Source: an uncultured Verrucomicrobiae bacterium
GTDB taxonomy: Bacteria; Verrucomicrobiota; Verrucomicrobiia; Limisphaerales; Palsa-1400
Direction: 5' to 3'
Assembly: GCA_963764165.1 (NCBI GenBank)
Contig: CAVXRD010000002.1
Coordinates: forward strand, 2,336,001 to 2,400,000
DNA: 64,000 nucleotides
Positions 36,560 to 48,504 of the stretch are shown in pieces (position 1 is the first letter of the stretch; each line of letters begins with the position of its first letter). A model generated the notes under the pieces. The model was not told the DNA's origin. It ran no database searches and was given only the letters and a program-made list of their open reading frames with translations. Made by a program: the position numbers and the translations under genes.

Positions 36560-37199
36560 AGGGATTCCATTTCATTGAGCGCGGCACATGAAAAGTTCTC
36601 TTTTCGGACAACCGGTCTTTGCCCAAACCCAATTCGGGAGAATCCTGAAATCCAACCTGCTTCGCCAACCCTGGCACGTATCGAAGGTCCGCCAGTGTAT
36701 AGGTTTCCTCGCGAATGATTTTTCTGTCTTTTAGTTCACGGTCAATCGCTTCCCCTAATTTGAAATCCTCCCGCACGTTTTTCAGCCAGTCAATTAGGGA
36801 ACTATAAACAGGAGCAAACCGCTTTTTGTCGTCCGCTGCCGTCAAGGTCAACTCTACCCACCCCAGCACCGCCTTTAAGTGGGTTTGAGTCCATTCCTGC
36901 CCCTTCGGTTCCCCAAGGTGATTCTGGAATTCTTGAAACGTCTCTTTTGTGTAGGGTGCGCCAAAGAGATCAACTGGCTTTCCGTCAAAGTTCTTCACTA
37001 ATTCAGTGGGATCACATGCCGTTGCGCCGTGAATTCTCCAGGCCATTGCCCTGCTCACGCGGAGACGCCCCATTTCGATGCTTTTGATCGTGTCGGCACT
37101 GCAACCGACCATGATTGCAAAATGTGCGCGGGACTTGCCGCTGGCCATGCGGATGGATTTAACCGGATGGCAACCCTTTTTTTTCCGATTTTTTATCAT
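36528..37199 (-). CDS. XRE-type HTH transcriptional regulator (repressor-like)
   Basis: IRMASGKSRAHFAIMVGCSADTIKSIEMGR. Divergent from the excisionase-like gene. Confidence 0.75.
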   Translation of the reverse strand: MIKNRKKKGCHPVKSIRMASGKSRAHFAIMVGCSADTIKSIEMGRLRVSRAMAWRIHGATACDPTELVKNFDGKPVDLFGAPYTKETFQEFQNHLGEPKGQEWTQTHLKAVLGWVELTLTAADDKKRFAPVYSSLIDWLKNVREDFKLGEAIDRELKDRKIIREETYTLADLRYVPGLAKQVGFQDSPELGLGKDRLSEKRTFHVPRSMKWNPSSPKPPPPRK

Positions 37200-37279
37200 G
37201 GGGTATCCATACCCAAAACAATACCTTTTGTCAACGAGTGGGTATTGCTTATATTAGAAATACCCCTTATTGTCAACGC
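37200..37279. promoter_or_regulatory. Back-to-back promoters with operator repeats
   Basis: TTGCTT-N17-TATTGT (+) and TTGACA-N17-TATGGA (-). Repeated GGTAT/ATACC half-sites. Confidence 0.6.
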
Positions 37280-37513
37280 ATGAAATCACTGGAAAGTGAG
37301 ATGCCAAGGATGATCGCCCTTGGCCATTGGCTTAAGCAAAGCGGCGTTAGCAGCGTTACGGCTTGGCGATGGAGGCGGCGAGGCTGGCTCCGAACGGTCA
37401 ACGTCTCCGGGCGAGTTTACCTGACGGCTGATGCCATCGAGGAATTTACCAGGCGTGCAGAGCGCGGCGAATTCTCCGCGCCGCATCCAGTCCCCACCTC
37501 TGCCGCACAATGA
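37280..37513 (+). CDS. Excisionase/AlpA-like DNA-binding protein
   Basis: WLKQSGVSSVTAWRWRRRGWL...GRVYLTADAIEEF. Confidence 0.7.
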   Translation: MKSLESEMPRMIALGHWLKQSGVSSVTAWRWRRRGWLRTVNVSGRVYLTADAIEEFTRRAERGEFSAPHPVPTSAAQ

Positions 37514-38376
37514 ACACCCCGGAATTACCAACACGTCCCGGCATCAGCGTTGAGACATTGCTCGCGGCTAACATTCGCCTGAGCGCAACGCCGGAGCCGG
37601 GCAGTATTGAAATCCCGTATCACGACCTGCAAGGCAACCCGACCGGCTTCTCGCGCTGGCGGCTGCCTCGTGAAAGAGCCACCGGGCAAAAGTATCATCA
37701 GGAGCCTGACACCGGGACGCGCGCCTATGTTCCGCCGCAGTTCCACTCCTTCGCGCCAGGCGGCGACTTAGTGTTCGTCGAAGGCGAATTCAAGGCGCTG
37801 GCTCTGATAGACGCCGACATCAAGGCCATCGGCTTGCCGAATTTCAATACCTACGTCCGCGATGAAAAAGGAGAGCCTCAATTACTGACCGGCATCGCCG
37901 ACACCATCGCCTACACGAAGCCAGAACGGATTTTGTTCCTGGGTGACAGCGACACGGCCACGAACCCTGCGTTTGCCGTCAACGCGCTGTTTCTCGCCAA
38001 CGCGCTCAAGACGATGCCGGTGCTGCTGCCGCGCATACCTGTCGGCGGTCCGGGAAAGGGCATTGACGATTGCCGGGAGGCCCTGGGCGACAAGTTCCCT
38101 GAATTCTGGCACGCTCGGATTGATTCCGCCGAGAAGATTGACCTCCAGGCCAGCGCCAACGCTTTAGCCGTGCGGTTGTTGGAGCGCGAGGCCGAGGCAA
38201 TCACGGGCACTACTGGTGTTGAGCGTGACAAACTCGAACGCCGCATTGCGGCCAACCGTATCCGCCTAGTCCTTTCATCGAGCGAGTCCGCCGATTACCT
38301 CACCGCTTCCGCTTTTTTCGGGAGAACTTTTGGTATCGCCTTCGCCGCATGGTGGCCAAAGTGTTTCTCGCGTTAG
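37510..38376 (+). CDS. Toprim (DUF3854-like) primase, apparently C-terminally truncated
   Basis: KYHQ, VFVEGEFKA, FLGDSD, KGIDD. No helicase domain follows. Confidence 0.7.
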   Translation: MNTPELPTRPGISVETLLAANIRLSATPEPGSIEIPYHDLQGNPTGFSRWRLPRERATGQKYHQEPDTGTRAYVPPQFHSFAPGGDLVFVEGEFKALALIDADIKAIGLPNFNTYVRDEKGEPQLLTGIADTIAYTKPERILFLGDSDTATNPAFAVNALFLANALKTMPVLLPRIPVGGPGKGIDDCREALGDKFPEFWHARIDSAEKIDLQASANALAVRLLEREAEAITGTTGVERDKLERRIAANRIRLVLSSSESADYLTASAFFGRTFGIAFAAWWPKCFSR

Positions 38377-38424
38377 CAACAAAACTTGATCGCAACGTCA
38401 TTTACGCCAATCGCGCTGACAACC

Positions 38425-38901
38425 ATGAAAATTCCGCTTGAATTCATGCTGCTGCGAAAAATCCACCTGGCTTTTTGGCACCGCCGCGAAAACGGCTGGG
38501 TGCGCGCCTCCAGAACAGAAATCACCAGAAAATTCTTATACCGGCGGCGACGCGACACGCTTACGGCTCAGGAGTTTTACGACCGCGTCCTGCCTGGCTG
38601 GATCGAGCGCGATCTGGTTCGCGTCGTTGCTCGCCCGCGCCAGCGATCGTACTACCTTCTGCGCCCAATGAACCTGATGGAAATCAATGGCCGCATCGCC
38701 GAAATCGAACGCGAGGCGCGAAGACTTGGGCCACTGCTGAACACCGGAAACCCGGATTGCCAGCAGGGCGACCTTAACCGTCTCGGCGAAGAGCGCATGG
38801 CTCTGCTGGTTGAACGCAAGGCACGCAGCGACCAACGTCTGACCATCGCCAGCCATCGAGCAATTACCGCCAACGTAATGGCACACGGACAAAAAACGTG
38901 A
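38425..38901 (+). CDS. Hypothetical protein
   Basis: ORF co-oriented with the primase. Start uncertain. Confidence 0.45.
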   Translation: MKIPLEFMLLRKIHLAFWHRRENGWVRASRTEITRKFLYRRRRDTLTAQEFYDRVLPGWIERDLVRVVARPRQRSYYLLRPMNLMEINGRIAEIEREARRLGPLLNTGNPDCQQGDLNRLGEERMALLVERKARSDQRLTIASHRAITANVMAHGQKT

Positions 38902-39292
38902 GTGACACGCTCGGCGTTAGATCGATATTTCGCCTTAACGTGCGGGTTTTCGACGGGGTGGGCCTGAGAATGCGTTCTGAAAGTCGAGCAATCCTTGCAA
39001 ATCTCGCAATCCCGGAAAAGCCTTGTCGCACCCCGGCCATTGCGGTAAACGTGCCTGTGGCGTGAAATTAAACGCCGACGGGGCGGTTGGTATCCAGCCA
39101 TCCCGAACATGACATTTTAGCGTAGCGGTAAAGGTCAAACGAAAACCTGAGAATTTTCGAGTCACAAGACCTGCCACTGGACGCGCCTACCTGGCGCGGC
39201 TTGGTGCATTCTTGTGACGGGCCTTCTCAGGTGCCTCGTTTGGGTGCGTCGGGTCCGCGCCTTTTCCTTTTCTGGCTTCAAAGGACACATGC

Positions 39293-40061
39293 TATGAAAA
39301 AATCGATTCGTGTATCGCTCGCCCTTTTTCGCGCGTGCTTGTGTTTCGTCCTGAGTGGATCGCCTGCTTATGGACAAGGCTGGACGACAATGACCGAGCT
39401 GAGTCAAAACGTTTCCATCGGCACGAAGCAAATCGCCGGAAAACGTGTCAACGTGGCCGAATATGCGCCGATGCGCCAGATCGGGGAAAATGTTTATGAT
39501 CTTAGCGCCGTAATTCAGAGTCAACTTCGTCACGATTACCCGAAGTCAAAATATCTTGTGGAAGGAACCGTTGAGGCTGTTACCGAAGAAGGTGCTTCGA
39601 TTTATCTCTATCGCACTACTTATACGTTTCATAACGGATTGGTGATTGAGGCTCCCTATTTCACTCCACAATCGAACATGTCGCCCGCCCCCGTCGAGCG
39701 TGTTGAAGTTCACCATTATTTTGTCAAAAATGCACCGTTCAAGAAGGAACATGTTGGACGAAATGTTTCTCTGTTTGCCGTTCCTACCGGCAGAGACAGT
39801 TTCGACTTCGGTACATCCCTGGCGAACATTTTAGAGTCCCGTGATGTCCTGCTAGTCACGGAGCAAGGAGTGTCGAAAATCAAATACGTGTTGCCCGGCG
39901 AAGCTCGCCACTCGGAACGCAATTCATTACTCGGCCAAAGCGATGACGTAATTGTGCGAGCGGTATCCAGCGCGCCGTCGCCGACAAGGCCACGGTGCCG
40001 ATCCTATTCGAAGGCCGGATTTCCAAACTCATCCCGAACGTCGCGGGACCGGCGACGCTGA
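39293..40061 (+). CDS. Secreted hypothetical protein
   Basis: MKKSIRVSLAL...AYG signal peptide. The C-terminus may be degenerate. Confidence 0.55.
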
Positions 40062-40218
40062 CAGGCGTCCCCTCAACACTCCAAATCAGCGTCGTTTCCC
40101 AATCCGCCTCATCTGGTTTTTGGCTGGCTTTGCTGGACAAGTCCAGTAGAGTTTAACGCTGAAGCCGTTGGTTCCCTGTAATCGCGCCCAGGAGTGGTGG
40201 ATTGCGGAAAGGTTCCTT

Positions 40219-40425
40219 ATGCAAGAACGCTGGTTATCGGTGGACGAGATCGCAGCGCATCTCGGGGTTAATCCGGACACGATCTACAAGTGGATCACCC
40301 GGAAGAGCATGCCCGCGCACAAGGTGGGAAAGCTTTGGAAGTTTCTCGCTTCGGAAATCGACGAATGGGTCAAGGGCGGACATGCAGGGAAGGCGGACCA
40401 CCTACCAAGACAGAGCCCGAAATAA
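40219..40425 (+). CDS. HTH_17 (excisionase-family) DNA-binding protein heading the defence operon
   Basis: [22 protein letters not shown]...[14 protein letters not shown]. Confidence 0.88.
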   Translation: MQERWLSVDEIAAHLGVNPDTIYKWITRKSMPAHKVGKLWKFLASEIDEWVKGGHAGKADHLPRQSPK

Positions 40426-40426
40426 C

Positions 40427-43400
40427 ATGATTCGCCTCGAAGAAATCGCATCCGGCCTCGCGCTCACGGGACTTGAGCCTGCCGTGATTGGCAGTGTGGT
40501 CGCCGTCGTGCCCATCGCCGAGGGAACGGTGCAGGTGCTTTACAAAACCCCCGACGGGACGCTCAAGGAACGCCTCATCAATCGCGCCGACGAACCAAAC
40601 CTGACGGTTGCGACCACCGAACGCCCGTGGTCATTCAACGGCGATGGCGAGACTTTCAAGCTCGTTGTCGAAGCCAAGCGCATTGACCTCGCCTTTTTGT
40701 TCGATCCCATGATGGCTGTCCACACGTCCAACGTGGAAGCGTTGCCGCACCAGATCACGGCGGTCTATGAATCCATGCTGCCGCGCCAGCCGTTGCGGTT
40801 CGTTCTCGCGGACGACCCCGGCGCGGGCAAGACCATCATGGCGGGCCTTTACATCCGCGAACTCATCATGCGCGCCGATGCCCGCCGCATCGTCATCGTC
40901 GCCCCCGGCAGCCTGGTCGAGCAGTGGCGCGATGAAATGTTTGAGAAATTCGGCCTCGAATTTCGTGTGTTCACGAAAGACTTGGAAGCCGCCACGCCCA
41001 GCGGCAATCCGTTTGAAGACATTGACCATCTCATCGTCCGCCTGGATCAAATGGCGCGCAACGAGGAGCTTCAAGAAAAGCTTTGCGCCGCCGGTTGGGA
41101 TCTCGTCGTGTTCGACGAGGCGCACAAACTCGCCGCGCATTTCTTCGGCAGCAAGCTGGAAAAAACCGGGCGGTTCAAGCTGGCGGAAAAACTCGGCGCT
41201 CACACCCGTCATTTGCTGCTGATGACCGCTACGCCGCATAACGGCAAGGAGGAAGATTTCCAGTTGTTCCTGTCGCTCCTCGACTCCGACCGTTTTTACG
41301 GAAAATTTCGCGATGGCGTGCATAAGGTGGACACCAGCGACCTCATGCGCCGCATGGTGAAGGAGGAACTTGTGAAGTTCGACGGCACGCCGCTCTTTCC
41401 CGAACGGAAAGCTTACACCGTAAATTACAAGTTGTCGGACATTGAAGCCGCGCTTTACGAAGCCGTCACGCAGTATGTCAAAACTGAAATGGGCAAGGCC
41501 GACCAGCTTGGCGGACAGCGTAAAGGCTCCGTTGGTTTTGCGCTGACATCGCTCCAACGCCGTCTCGCATCCAGCCCGGAAGCAATTTTCCAATCCTTGA
41601 AACGCCGTCGCGAACGACTCCAGCGTCGCTTGCGTGAAGAAAACATCGCCAATCGCGGCGGACATATTCTCGCCGAGACGCTCGCACCCGCGCCGCCGCC
41701 GTCTGATTTTGCGGGCGACAATTCCGCCACCAGTCAGGAACTCCCAGAAGTGCCGGATGATGACGACGACTTGACGGCCAACGAGCAGGAGGAATTGGAA
41801 GAATCCCTCGTGGATCGGGCCACCGCCGCCGAAACCATCGCCGAACTGGAGGACGAAATTGATATTTTGATTGGCCTTGAGAATCAGGCTCGCAAAGTTG
41901 TCGCGTCCGGTCAGGATCGTAAGTGGGACGAACTTTCCCGCATCCTTCAGCGCGACTCGCACATGCAGGACGCCGGTGGTCGCCTCAGAAAAATTATCAT
42001 TTTCAGCGAACACCGCGACACGCTCAATTATCTCCACGAGAAAATTGCCGGGGTGCTGGGCAGTCACGATGCCATCGTCACCATTCACGGCGGCACGCAC
42101 CGCGACAAACGCCTGGAAGCGCAGGCGCTTTTCCGTTCCGACCCCGAAATCCGCGTGCTCGTCGCCACCGACGCCGCTGGCGAAGGCGTCAATTTACAGT
42201 GCGCGAACCTGATGGTGAATTACGATTTGCCGTGGAATCCCAACCGCCTTGAACAACGGTTCGGACGCATCCACCGTATCGGCCAACAGGAGGTTTGCCA
42301 TTTGTGGAATCTCGTCGCCAACGAGACGCGCGAAGGCGATGTTTATTTTCGGTTGCTCGAAAAATTGCGCGTCGAAAGCGAGGCGTTGAAAGGCCGCGTG
42401 TTCGACATTCTCGGCGAAGTGTTCGAGGGCAAAAGCCTCAAAGAACTTTTGATCGAAGCCATCCGTTACGGCGACCAGCCGGATGTCCGCGCCCGGTTAC
42501 GAAACAAAATTGACCACAATTTTGACCGCCAGAATTTGCTCGCGTTGCTTGACCGCAATGCGCTCGCTCAGGAAACGCTTGGCCCGGAACGGCTCTTTGC
42601 CGTGAAAGAGGAAATGGAGAAGGCCGAAGCCCGTCGTTTGCAGCCCTATTTCGTCCGCTCCTTTTTTATGAAGGGGTTTGAATCGCTGGGCGGTTCTATC
42701 TACCCGCGCGAACTTAATCGCTTTGAAATTGCCCACGTTCCCGCCGTGTTGCGCGAACGCGACCGGCTCATCACAGGGCGCAACCGTCGCGACCTTGCGC
42801 CGGTGTTGAAACGCTACGAACGGGTTTGTTTCACCAAGGATGCCGTCCGCCCGTTGGAACGCCCCGGCCTTGCATTCGCCAACATGATTCATCCCGGCCA
42901 TCCGGTCATGCTCGCGTTGAGCGACGTGTTGTTGGAACAGCACGCCAATTTGCTCCGGCAAGGCAGCATTCTCATTGACCCGTCCGACGACGGCGAAACG
43001 CCGTCACTTTTGTTCCTGCTTACGCATGAAGTGAAATCCGGCGACGGCCAGGTTATTTCAAAACGCCTGCAATTCGTGCGCGTGCTGCCGGACGGCAGCG
43101 CGACGTTTGCCGGTTGGGCACCGCACCTTGACCTTGAACCGCTCGCCGTTGCTGACCGGCCGTGTGTCACGCAATGGTTGTCTTCCAATGGTGGCCCGTC
43201 CGGCACGGACTGGTTGACGGCTGGACTTGAACAACGCGCTTTGGCACTCGCCGCGTCCACGCTCGTTCCCGAACACTTCGGCGAAATTGCCGGACGCCGC
43301 ATCGCCCATGTGGACAAGACGCTCGCTGCCGTCCACGAGCGTTTGACGACGGAAATCAATTACTGGTCCGACCGCTACATCAAACTTTCGGACGACAAAG

Positions 43401-44026
43401 CCGCCGGTAAAGAAATCGGCCCCAATCTGGATAACGTCCGGCGCACCATTGCCGACCTTGAATCCCGGCTGGAAAGCCGCAAGCGCGAACTCCAATCCAT
43501 GCGGCACGTCACGTCGGCCACGCCGGTAGTATTGAGCGGCGCACTGGTTATTCCCGCCGGTTTGCTTCGCAAATTGCGCGGCGAAACGCCGCCAGCCGAC
43601 GCGACGGCAGCCATGTTTTCAAGTGACCCCGCCGCTCGCGCTCGCATTGAAAAACTCGCGATGGACGCCGTTCGCCGCGTTGAAGAATCACGCGGCTGCC
43701 GTGTCGTGGATGTTTCCGCGCAGAAATGCGGCTGGGATATTACCTCCTACCCGCAGGCCGTGGACGGCAAACACCCGGAAGCCCGGCACATTGAAGTCAA
43801 AGGCCGCGTCAAAGGTGCAGGCACGGTGACGATCACGCGGAACGAAATGCTCTACGCCTTGAACCAGTCTGATAAATTTCTGCTCGCCATCGTGCTTGTC
43901 GGCGAGGGCGACGCCGTGGAAGGCCCGTTTTATTTGCGCAACCCGTTCGACACCGAACCCGGCTGGGGCGTGTCATCGGTTAACTACGAACTCAATGCGT
44001 TACTTGAACGCGCAGAAATACTTTAA
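40427..44026 (+). CDS. SNF2-family helicase with C-terminal DUF3883 (PD-(D/E)xK-like) domain
   Basis: [42 protein letters not shown]...IEVKGR...TRNE. Confidence 0.92.
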   Translation: MIRLEEIASGLALTGLEPAVIGSVVAVVPIAEGTVQVLYKTPDGTLKERLINRADEPNLTVATTERPWSFNGDGETFKLVVEAKRIDLAFLFDPMMAVHTSNVEALPHQITAVYESMLPRQPLRFVLADDPGAGKTIMAGLYIRELIMRADARRIVIVAPGSLVEQWRDEMFEKFGLEFRVFTKDLEAATPSGNPFEDIDHLIVRLDQMARNEELQEKLCAAGWDLVVFDEAHKLAAHFFGSKLEKTGRFKLAEKLGAHTRHLLLMTATPHNGKEEDFQLFLSLLDSDRFYGKFRDGVHKVDTSDLMRRMVKEELVKFDGTPLFPERKAYTVNYKLSDIEAALYEAVTQYVKTEMGKADQLGGQRKGSVGFALTSLQRRLASSPEAIFQSLKRRRERLQRRLREENIANRGGHILAETLAPAPPPSDFAGDNSATSQELPEVPDDDDDLTANEQEELEESLVDRATAAETIAELEDEIDILIGLENQARKVVASGQDRKWDELSRILQRDSHMQDAGGRLRKIIIFSEHRDTLNYLHEKIAGVLGSHDAIVTIHGGTHRDKRLEAQALFRSDPEIRVLVATDAAGEGVNLQCANLMVNYDLPWNPNRLEQRFGRIHRIGQQEVCHLWNLVANETREGDVYFRLLEKLRVESEALKGRVFDILGEVFEGKSLKELLIEAIRYGDQPDVRARLRNKIDHNFDRQNLLALLDRNALAQETLGPERLFAVKEEMEKAEARRLQPYFVRSFFMKGFESLGGSIYPRELNRFEIAHVPAVLRERDRLITGRNRRDLAPVLKRYERVCFTKDAVRPLERPGLAFANMIHPGHPVMLALSDVLLEQHANLLRQGSILIDPSDDGETPSLLFLLTHEVKSGDGQVISKRLQFVRVLPDGSATFAGWAPHLDLEPLAVADRPCVTQWLSSNGGPSGTDWLTAGLEQRALALAASTLVPEHFGEIAGRRIAHVDKTLAAVHERLTTEINYWSDRYIKLSDDKAAGKEIGPNLDNVRRTIADLESRLESRKRELQSMRHVTSATPVVLSGALVIPAGLLRKLRGETPPADATAAMFSSDPAARARIEKLAMDAVRRVEESRGCRVVDVSAQKCGWDITSYPQAVDGKHPEARHIEVKGRVKGAGTVTITRNEMLYALNQSDKFLLAIVLVGEGDAVEGPFYLRNPFDTEPGWGVSSVNYELNALLERAEIL

Positions 44027-44038
44027 CTCCAGAATAAA

Positions 44039-44551
44039 ATGAACGACCAAGACGTGATCCCAGCTAAAGCTACGAAGCCCGAAGAACAGTCTGATGCAAT
44101 TGTTGTCAGCTTTGGTTCTGAGTGGCAGGAACATCTGAATGCCAAGCGTTTTAGCGTAGTAATCCGAAAGCGGGTTCCAAAATCCGCCTCATTCAAATGG
44201 CTTTATTTCCATATCAATAATCCGGTGAGTGCCATCTGTGCGCGTGCCCCAATTGATAAGATATTTAGCGCCAATCCAAAAGAGGTTATTGCCCTGGCAA
44301 AGAAAATTAATCTGACACCAGCCGAAATATCGTCATATATCGGCAACGATACCACGATGGGATGCTACGCACTGGGAGCCTTCCAGTTTGCTTCAAAACC
44401 AGTCACTTCAGCAACTCTGGCCGAGCGTTTGGCCTATTATCCACCCCAAAGTTTTTTCATACTTTCAGGCGCGGCCAAGGTAATCATTGATCAAATGGCC
44501 GGCTTTTCAAAAAATGATGGTAGTCGTCTGCCGAAATCTAAAACTAAATGA
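44039..44551 (+). CDS. Hypothetical protein, possibly ASCH/PUA-like
   Basis: IRKRVP...[16 protein letters not shown]...YYPPQSF resembles ASCH-type patterns. AT-rich. Confidence 0.55.
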   Translation: MNDQDVIPAKATKPEEQSDAIVVSFGSEWQEHLNAKRFSVVIRKRVPKSASFKWLYFHINNPVSAICARAPIDKIFSANPKEVIALAKKINLTPAEISSYIGNDTTMGCYALGAFQFASKPVTSATLAERLAYYPPQSFFILSGAAKVIIDQMAGFSKNDGSRLPKSKTK

Positions 44552-47433
44552 CGACCTCGATAAAATCCCCACGCAAGTTGATTGAAGTTGCCCTGCCGCT
44601 TGACGCCATCAATGTCGCGGCAGCTCGCGAAAAATCCATTCGCCACGGACACCCATCAACAATGCATTTATGGTGGGCAAGACGTCCATTGGCCGCAGCC
44701 CGAGCGGTAATTTTTGCGCAGATGGTAAATGACCCCGGATACCAGCAGGGCAGTGGTTTCAAATACGGCAGGAACAAGAAGGAGGCAGCTATTGAACGTA
44801 AACGGCTCTTCAAAATTATCGAAGACCTCGTTTTGTGGGAAAACACATCAAATGAGGAGGTGCTTGAACGCGCTCGTGCTGAAATTCGTCGTTCGTGGCG
44901 CGAAGTGTGCGAATTAAACAAGGACCACCCGCAGGCAGCCGAGCTTTTTAATTCAGAAAAATTACCAGCTTTGCATGACCCATTTGCCGGAGGTGGATCT
45001 ATTCCTTTGGAAGCCCAGAGATTGGGTTTAGAAGCTTATGCCACTGACCTAAATCCGGTAGCAGTTTTGATAAATAAGGCTTCTATTGAAATACCACCAA
45101 AGTTCGCCGGCCAACCTCCAATTGGGCCAATGGTCAAAGACGAAAAAGGAAGTAAACTCAACTTAAATAGTGTTTGGCCAAAAGCATCAGGCATTGCAGA
45201 AGATGTTCGCCGCTATGGAGCGTGGATGCGAGAAGAAGCAGAAAAAAAGATCGGCTATATTTACCCTACCATTGAAATTACAAAAAAACTTGCCGAGGAT
45301 AGACCTGATCTCAAAGCGCTTGTTGGACAAAAACTCACGGCGATAGCTTGGCTATGGACTCGCGCAATCAAATGTCCTAATCCGGGTTGTGGTGCAAATA
45401 CGCCAATGCTTGGCTCATTTTGGTTATCAGAAAAACCGGAGCAAAAATGCTATACCAATCCAGAAATAGACCATAAAAACAAATCAGTTCGTTTTAGTAT
45501 TGCGACAAAGGGGGAGCCACGTCTTCGCAATTCTGACCGCACGGGAGCTAGTTGTTTGTTTTGCGAGACATTTTTTGAGAAGGATCAAGTTCGTAATCAA
45601 GCAACAAAATATGGAATCACCGAAATCCCACTGGCAATTGTCGTCGAAGGTCCGAAAGGACAAATATACTTACCTGGCGATTCGGCTCCTATTCCAAATC
45701 TTAAAAGACCGGACGTTGAATTTCTTGAAAAACCTATGACCAATGATCGTCGCTGGTTTTCGCCACCATTATATGGAATGCCCAATTTTTCGGACATCTT
45801 CACCGTAAGACAACTCGTGGCTCTTACTACTTTTTGCAACCTCGTAACATCAGCTAGGGATAAAGTTCTGAAAGATTGTATTTCGTGTGGCATGGTCAAT
45901 GACGGTATCGGACTCGACGAGGGCGGCAATGGAGCAACTGCCTACGCCGATGCAATTGCGACATATTTAGGTTTGGCCGTAGGACGATGCGCGAATTACT
46001 GGTCATCCCTCACACCATGGGGCGGGAATTTTATAGTTCAAACTTTTGGCCGTCAGGCAATCCCAATGGTTTGGGATCACGCGGAAGGAAATCCGTTTTC
46101 AGATTCTACGGGCAATTGGAGTGGCGCTTTAGAATGGATTCAGCGGGTAATCGAAAATGCTTTTCCTGCATCGCGGAAGAGTTTTGCAGCACAGAGCGAT
46201 GCCCAGACACAAACGACGAGTCTTAACAAGGTAGTTTCCACTGATCCTCCCTATTACGACAACATAGGATATGCCGATTTATCCGATTTTTTTTACATTT
46301 GGCTTCGCCACGCATTAAAACCCATTTACCCAAGCCTTTTTGCTACACTTAATGTGCCTAAAGCAGAAGAATTGGTGGCAAGTCCACATCGCCACGGGGG
46401 CGCAAAAAAAGCAGAGGCATTTTTCCTTGATGGCATGACAAAAGCCATTAGCAGACTTCCAACGCAAGCGCATTCAGCATTTCCGGTGACAATTTATTAT
46501 GCTTTCAAACAATCCGAAACAAATAGTAAATCGGAAACATCTTCTACTGGATGGGAAACATTTCTAGAAGCTCTGATTCGAGCTGGCTTTTCGATCACTG
46601 GCACTTGGCCAATGCGAACAGAGAGAGATCAAGGCTTGAAAACTGGCACAAATGCCTTGGCATCTTGTATTATCCTTGTTTGTCGCAAGCGGAATGCTGA
46701 GGCCACGACTGTATCTCGCAGAGAGTATCTAAGAGAATTAAATTGCGTGTTGCCAGAAGCACTTGATGAAATGACCAAAGGATCGGGAGATGAACGGTCG
46801 CCAGTAGCGCCAGTAGATTTGTCTCAAGCCATCATCGGACCAGGAATGGCTGTCTTCTCAAAATACTCCGCCGTCCTAGAAGCCGATGGTTCCTCCATGA
46901 GCGTCCGAACCGCTCTGCAACTTATCAATCGTTTCATTGGCGAGGATGATTTCGACGCCGACACCAGATTCTGCCTGCATTGGTTCGAACAGCACGGCTG
47001 GACCGAAGGAGTTTTTGGCGACGCGGAAACACTGTCGCGCGGCAAAGGCACAAGTGTTGATGGAATGAAAGAGGCGGGCGTTCTCAAAAGTGGCGGCGGC
47101 AAAGTCCGTCTGCTCAAATGGTCGGAATATCCCACAGATTGGGACCCGCGCACCGACAAGCGCACGCCAATATGGGAAGCGCTGCACCAACTCATCCGCG
47201 CCTTCCGGCAAGGCGGCGATTCCGCGTCCGGCGCGTTGCTGGCCGCGCTCGGCGGCAAGGCCGAGGCCGTGCGCCAGTTGGCTTACCGCCTTTACACGCT
47301 TTGCGAACGTCTTGGCCAGGCCGAGGACGCCCGCGCCTATAACGAACTCATCACCAGTTGGACGGGCATCGAATCCGCCGCCGCCACCGCACCCAAACCC
47401 GCAGAGCAGGAATTGCCCGGCTTTCAACGATGA
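44548..47433 (+). CDS. DUF1156 adenine-specific DNA methyltransferase
   Basis: [39 protein letters not shown], internal Zn ribbon. Confidence 0.92.
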   Translation: MTTSIKSPRKLIEVALPLDAINVAAAREKSIRHGHPSTMHLWWARRPLAAARAVIFAQMVNDPGYQQGSGFKYGRNKKEAAIERKRLFKIIEDLVLWENTSNEEVLERARAEIRRSWREVCELNKDHPQAAELFNSEKLPALHDPFAGGGSIPLEAQRLGLEAYATDLNPVAVLINKASIEIPPKFAGQPPIGPMVKDEKGSKLNLNSVWPKASGIAEDVRRYGAWMREEAEKKIGYIYPTIEITKKLAEDRPDLKALVGQKLTAIAWLWTRAIKCPNPGCGANTPMLGSFWLSEKPEQKCYTNPEIDHKNKSVRFSIATKGEPRLRNSDRTGASCLFCETFFEKDQVRNQATKYGITEIPLAIVVEGPKGQIYLPGDSAPIPNLKRPDVEFLEKPMTNDRRWFSPPLYGMPNFSDIFTVRQLVALTTFCNLVTSARDKVLKDCISCGMVNDGIGLDEGGNGATAYADAIATYLGLAVGRCANYWSSLTPWGGNFIVQTFGRQAIPMVWDHAEGNPFSDSTGNWSGALEWIQRVIENAFPASRKSFAAQSDAQTQTTSLNKVVSTDPPYYDNIGYADLSDFFYIWLRHALKPIYPSLFATLNVPKAEELVASPHRHGGAKKAEAFFLDGMTKAISRLPTQAHSAFPVTIYYAFKQSETNSKSETSSTGWETFLEALIRAGFSITGTWPMRTERDQGLKTGTNALASCIILVCRKRNAEATTVSRREYLRELNCVLPEALDEMTKGSGDERSPVAPVDLSQAIIGPGMAVFSKYSAVLEADGSSMSVRTALQLINRFIGEDDFDADTRFCLHWFEQHGWTEGVFGDAETLSRGKGTSVDGMKEAGVLKSGGGKVRLLKWSEYPTDWDPRTDKRTPIWEALHQLIRAFRQGGDSASGALLAALGGKAEAVRQLAYRLYTLCERLGQAEDARAYNELITSWTGIESAAATAPKPAEQELPGFQR

Positions 47434-47473
47434 ACTTGCCAAGTTACATGGGGAACCATCCAATCCAACAATT

Positions 47474-48469
47474 ATGAAAATAGTAAAATACCTTCTACCC
47501 GTGCCCATTCTACTGCTTTGCGTATATGGTGCCTATTACTGCCTAAACTCCACCGCAAATGCCGCGAACCTCACCCCCCGCGAGAGCGCTCTGATGAATT
47601 ACCTACTCTGCTTGTTCTCGGTTTTGGCGACATGGTTAGCCTCCCATTATTACGCAATTTACTCAGCTAATGCAACTACAGCGGAGAAGATTGACACGAT
47701 AGCACAGCAGTCAACCGAAAAGATCATGAATCAATCTGCCCAACTCTGGGAGGTTGAGCGGTTCCTAGAAACATCAGTTGAGATTGCCGACAATGAGGAA
47801 AATGAATCGGTGGCAAACAATACGTTTCGCAACCGAATGCAGTCAACAGCCCAGATGATTCGGCTCTTGCGCTCGTCAAACACCACCTTCACAAGCGACT
47901 GGGCCGGAGTAGCCTCCGATAAAGTCCGAAAGAACCTTGAGTCGCAGGTAAAAAAGCAGCAGGAACTTCTGACAATTTATGAAGAGGTGCAAGCTGCGGA
48001 GCCTGAACCCGAAGGTGAGGGAGCAGACCAACGTGAAGACGAACGGACGCGAGAACCAAACCGCAGGCTCCAAGAATTTACAAGAACCCTCCCGGCTGCT
48101 GCCCTACCAACCGCCCAGCCCGCCAAAACCAGAGCCGTAACGACCACGCAGTTCCCGCAACCCGCCACAAATACCTTGGCCCAAGGCGGTGCAATTCTTC
48201 GAGTCCTCAGGCCTGTGGCCAATGTCACTGGTTATCTGCGATTCGTTCCCGCGCTTGAATTGCCAGCGAATGTAACATTAAACCTCGCAGCGTTACCCGA
48301 AGGTGTCCAAGTTGCCCAACTCTCAGCCCATGCGGGTGCGATAACCAGATCAGGTTGTCCTATCCACATCACCAAGAATGGGGGCGGCAAGCTCCCTGTC
48401 GGGGACTACGAAATTCACTACGAGGCTCATCCTGCGCATCCGCCAGCGCCCGAACCACAAGAAGCATAG
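47474..48469 (+). CDS. Two-TM membrane protein with coiled-coil and C-terminal beta domain
   Basis: Two N-terminal hydrophobic helices. Sits between the methylase and the ATPase. Confidence 0.65.
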   Translation: MKIVKYLLPVPILLLCVYGAYYCLNSTANAANLTPRESALMNYLLCLFSVLATWLASHYYAIYSANATTAEKIDTIAQQSTEKIMNQSAQLWEVERFLETSVEIADNEENESVANNTFRNRMQSTAQMIRLLRSSNTTFTSDWAGVASDKVRKNLESQVKKQQELLTIYEEVQAAEPEPEGEGADQREDERTREPNRRLQEFTRTLPAAALPTAQPAKTRAVTTTQFPQPATNTLAQGGAILRVLRPVANVTGYLRFVPALELPANVTLNLAALPEGVQVAQLSAHAGAITRSGCPIHITKNGGGKLPVGDYEIHYEAHPAHPPAPEPQEA

Positions 48470-48504
48470 GCACTCAACCCTCAATTTCAACTAACCGCCA
48501 CGAT

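Noticed and set aside
39160..39220. Hairpin GTCACAAGA...TCTTGTGAC as ncRNA or origin
   Set aside because: A single stem with no supporting motif or second copy.
40631..42100. 489-aa minus-strand ORF
   Set aside because: Antisense to the SNF2 helicase.
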